From an uncultured Candidatus Saccharibacteria bacterium (GTDB taxonomy: Bacteria > Patescibacteriota > Minisyncoccia > Phycocordibacterales > XYD1-FULL-46-19): a stretch of DNA of 64,000 bases. Shown here piece by piece: positions 63,594 through 64,000 of the stretch (the first letter of the stretch is position 1; the number at the start of each line of letters is the position of its first letter). The DNA lies in contig CAZEAY010000003.1 in the NCBI GenBank assembly GCA_964510655.1, forward strand, positions 18,924-82,923, read 5' to 3'. Position numbers and translations under genes: made by a program. The notes beneath the pieces were generated by a model. The model made no database searches, was not told where the DNA came from, and worked only from the letters and a program-made list of their open reading frames with translations.

Positions 63594-63935
63594 ATGCTTC
63601 CTAAAGAAAGGCGCATTTCTCAGGCCCTTTTTACTCAAATTCTAAAGAATGGACGGAGTTTTTATACCCCCTCACTGTCTTTAAGGATTATTAGTAGAAA
63701 AGACCAGCCGAAAAGCGCTTTTTCTTTTGTCATTTCTGCTAAGGAGGTAAAAAATGCCACTGGACGGAATTTTTTAAAGCGCCGAGGTCGTCATGTAATT
63801 AGTAAAAACTCAACTAGTATAAAAGAGGGTTATTTTTGCGCCTTTTTTTTGAAAAAAGAATTATCTACTCTCCCCTTTTCTCTTTTTGAACAAGAAATTT
63901 TAACTGTATTAAAGAAGGCTAATTTGCTAAGATAA
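63594..63935 (+). CDS. rnpA: RNase P protein component
   Basis: RISQALFTQILKNGRSFYTPSLSLRI... and FLKRRGRH RNR-like block, directly after rpmH. Confidence 0.85.
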   Translation: MLPKERRISQALFTQILKNGRSFYTPSLSLRIISRKDQPKSAFSFVISAKEVKNATGRNFLKRRGRHVISKNSTSIKEGYFCAFFLKKELSTLPFSLFEQEILTVLKKANLLR

Positions 63936-64000
63936 GTTCACTAACTTTAAATTTTAACTAAAACTTTATGTTCCACACTATATTTTATATTCCTCTCTAT

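Noticed and set aside
1-64000. CRISPR arrays, integron attC cassettes, IS elements
   Set aside because: No regularly spaced direct repeats, no integrase or transposase ORFs, and the GC-rich cassettes are dispersed rather than arrayed. The only repeats are the tRNA 3'-end fragments and the two IR units near ruvB.

Overview
This window reads as the chromosomal replication-origin region of a small-genome, AT-rich bacterium (by eye about 40% GC, Patescibacteria/CPR-like). At the right end dnaA and dnaN sit on the minus strand, rpmH and rnpA on the plus strand, with DnaA-box clusters on both sides of dnaA. Most of the rest is housekeeping on the minus strand: recA, efp, rpsF-ssb-rpsR, tatD, metG, glyQS, ileS, argS, a dTMP-synthesis supercluster (dut, glyA, tmk, tandem-domain thyX, a kinase, dCMP deaminase), secE-nusG-rplK, a malic enzyme, rplS, rpsT, ruvABC, mutM, xth, a family-4 UDG, polA, tsaE, tyrS, PBP1A, a pilMNO type IV pilus operon, two PilB/GspE-type ATPases and nine tRNAs. 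Native genes essentially lack Shine-Dalgarno (SD) sequences.

Four things stand out:
1. IleRS carries an in-frame insertion of about 190 aa with a complete histidine-phosphatase (PGAM-like) signature inside its catalytic core.
2. Seven compositionally foreign, GC-rich genes are scattered between native genes, each with a strong GGAGG-type SD and a GC-rich hairpin terminator. They include two paralogous small proteins, an Arg-rich lipoprotein, a Cys-cluster protein and an orphan GspE-like ATPase.
3. Three tRNA genes are each followed 120-250 nt downstream by a direct repeat of their own 3' end, which looks like att-site scars.
4. Several long perfect inverted repeats and palindromes are present, including a 28-bp IR upstream of ruvB and a 36-bp palindrome made of inverted DnaA-box-like half-sites.

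No CRISPR array, rRNA, transposase or integrase gene was seen.
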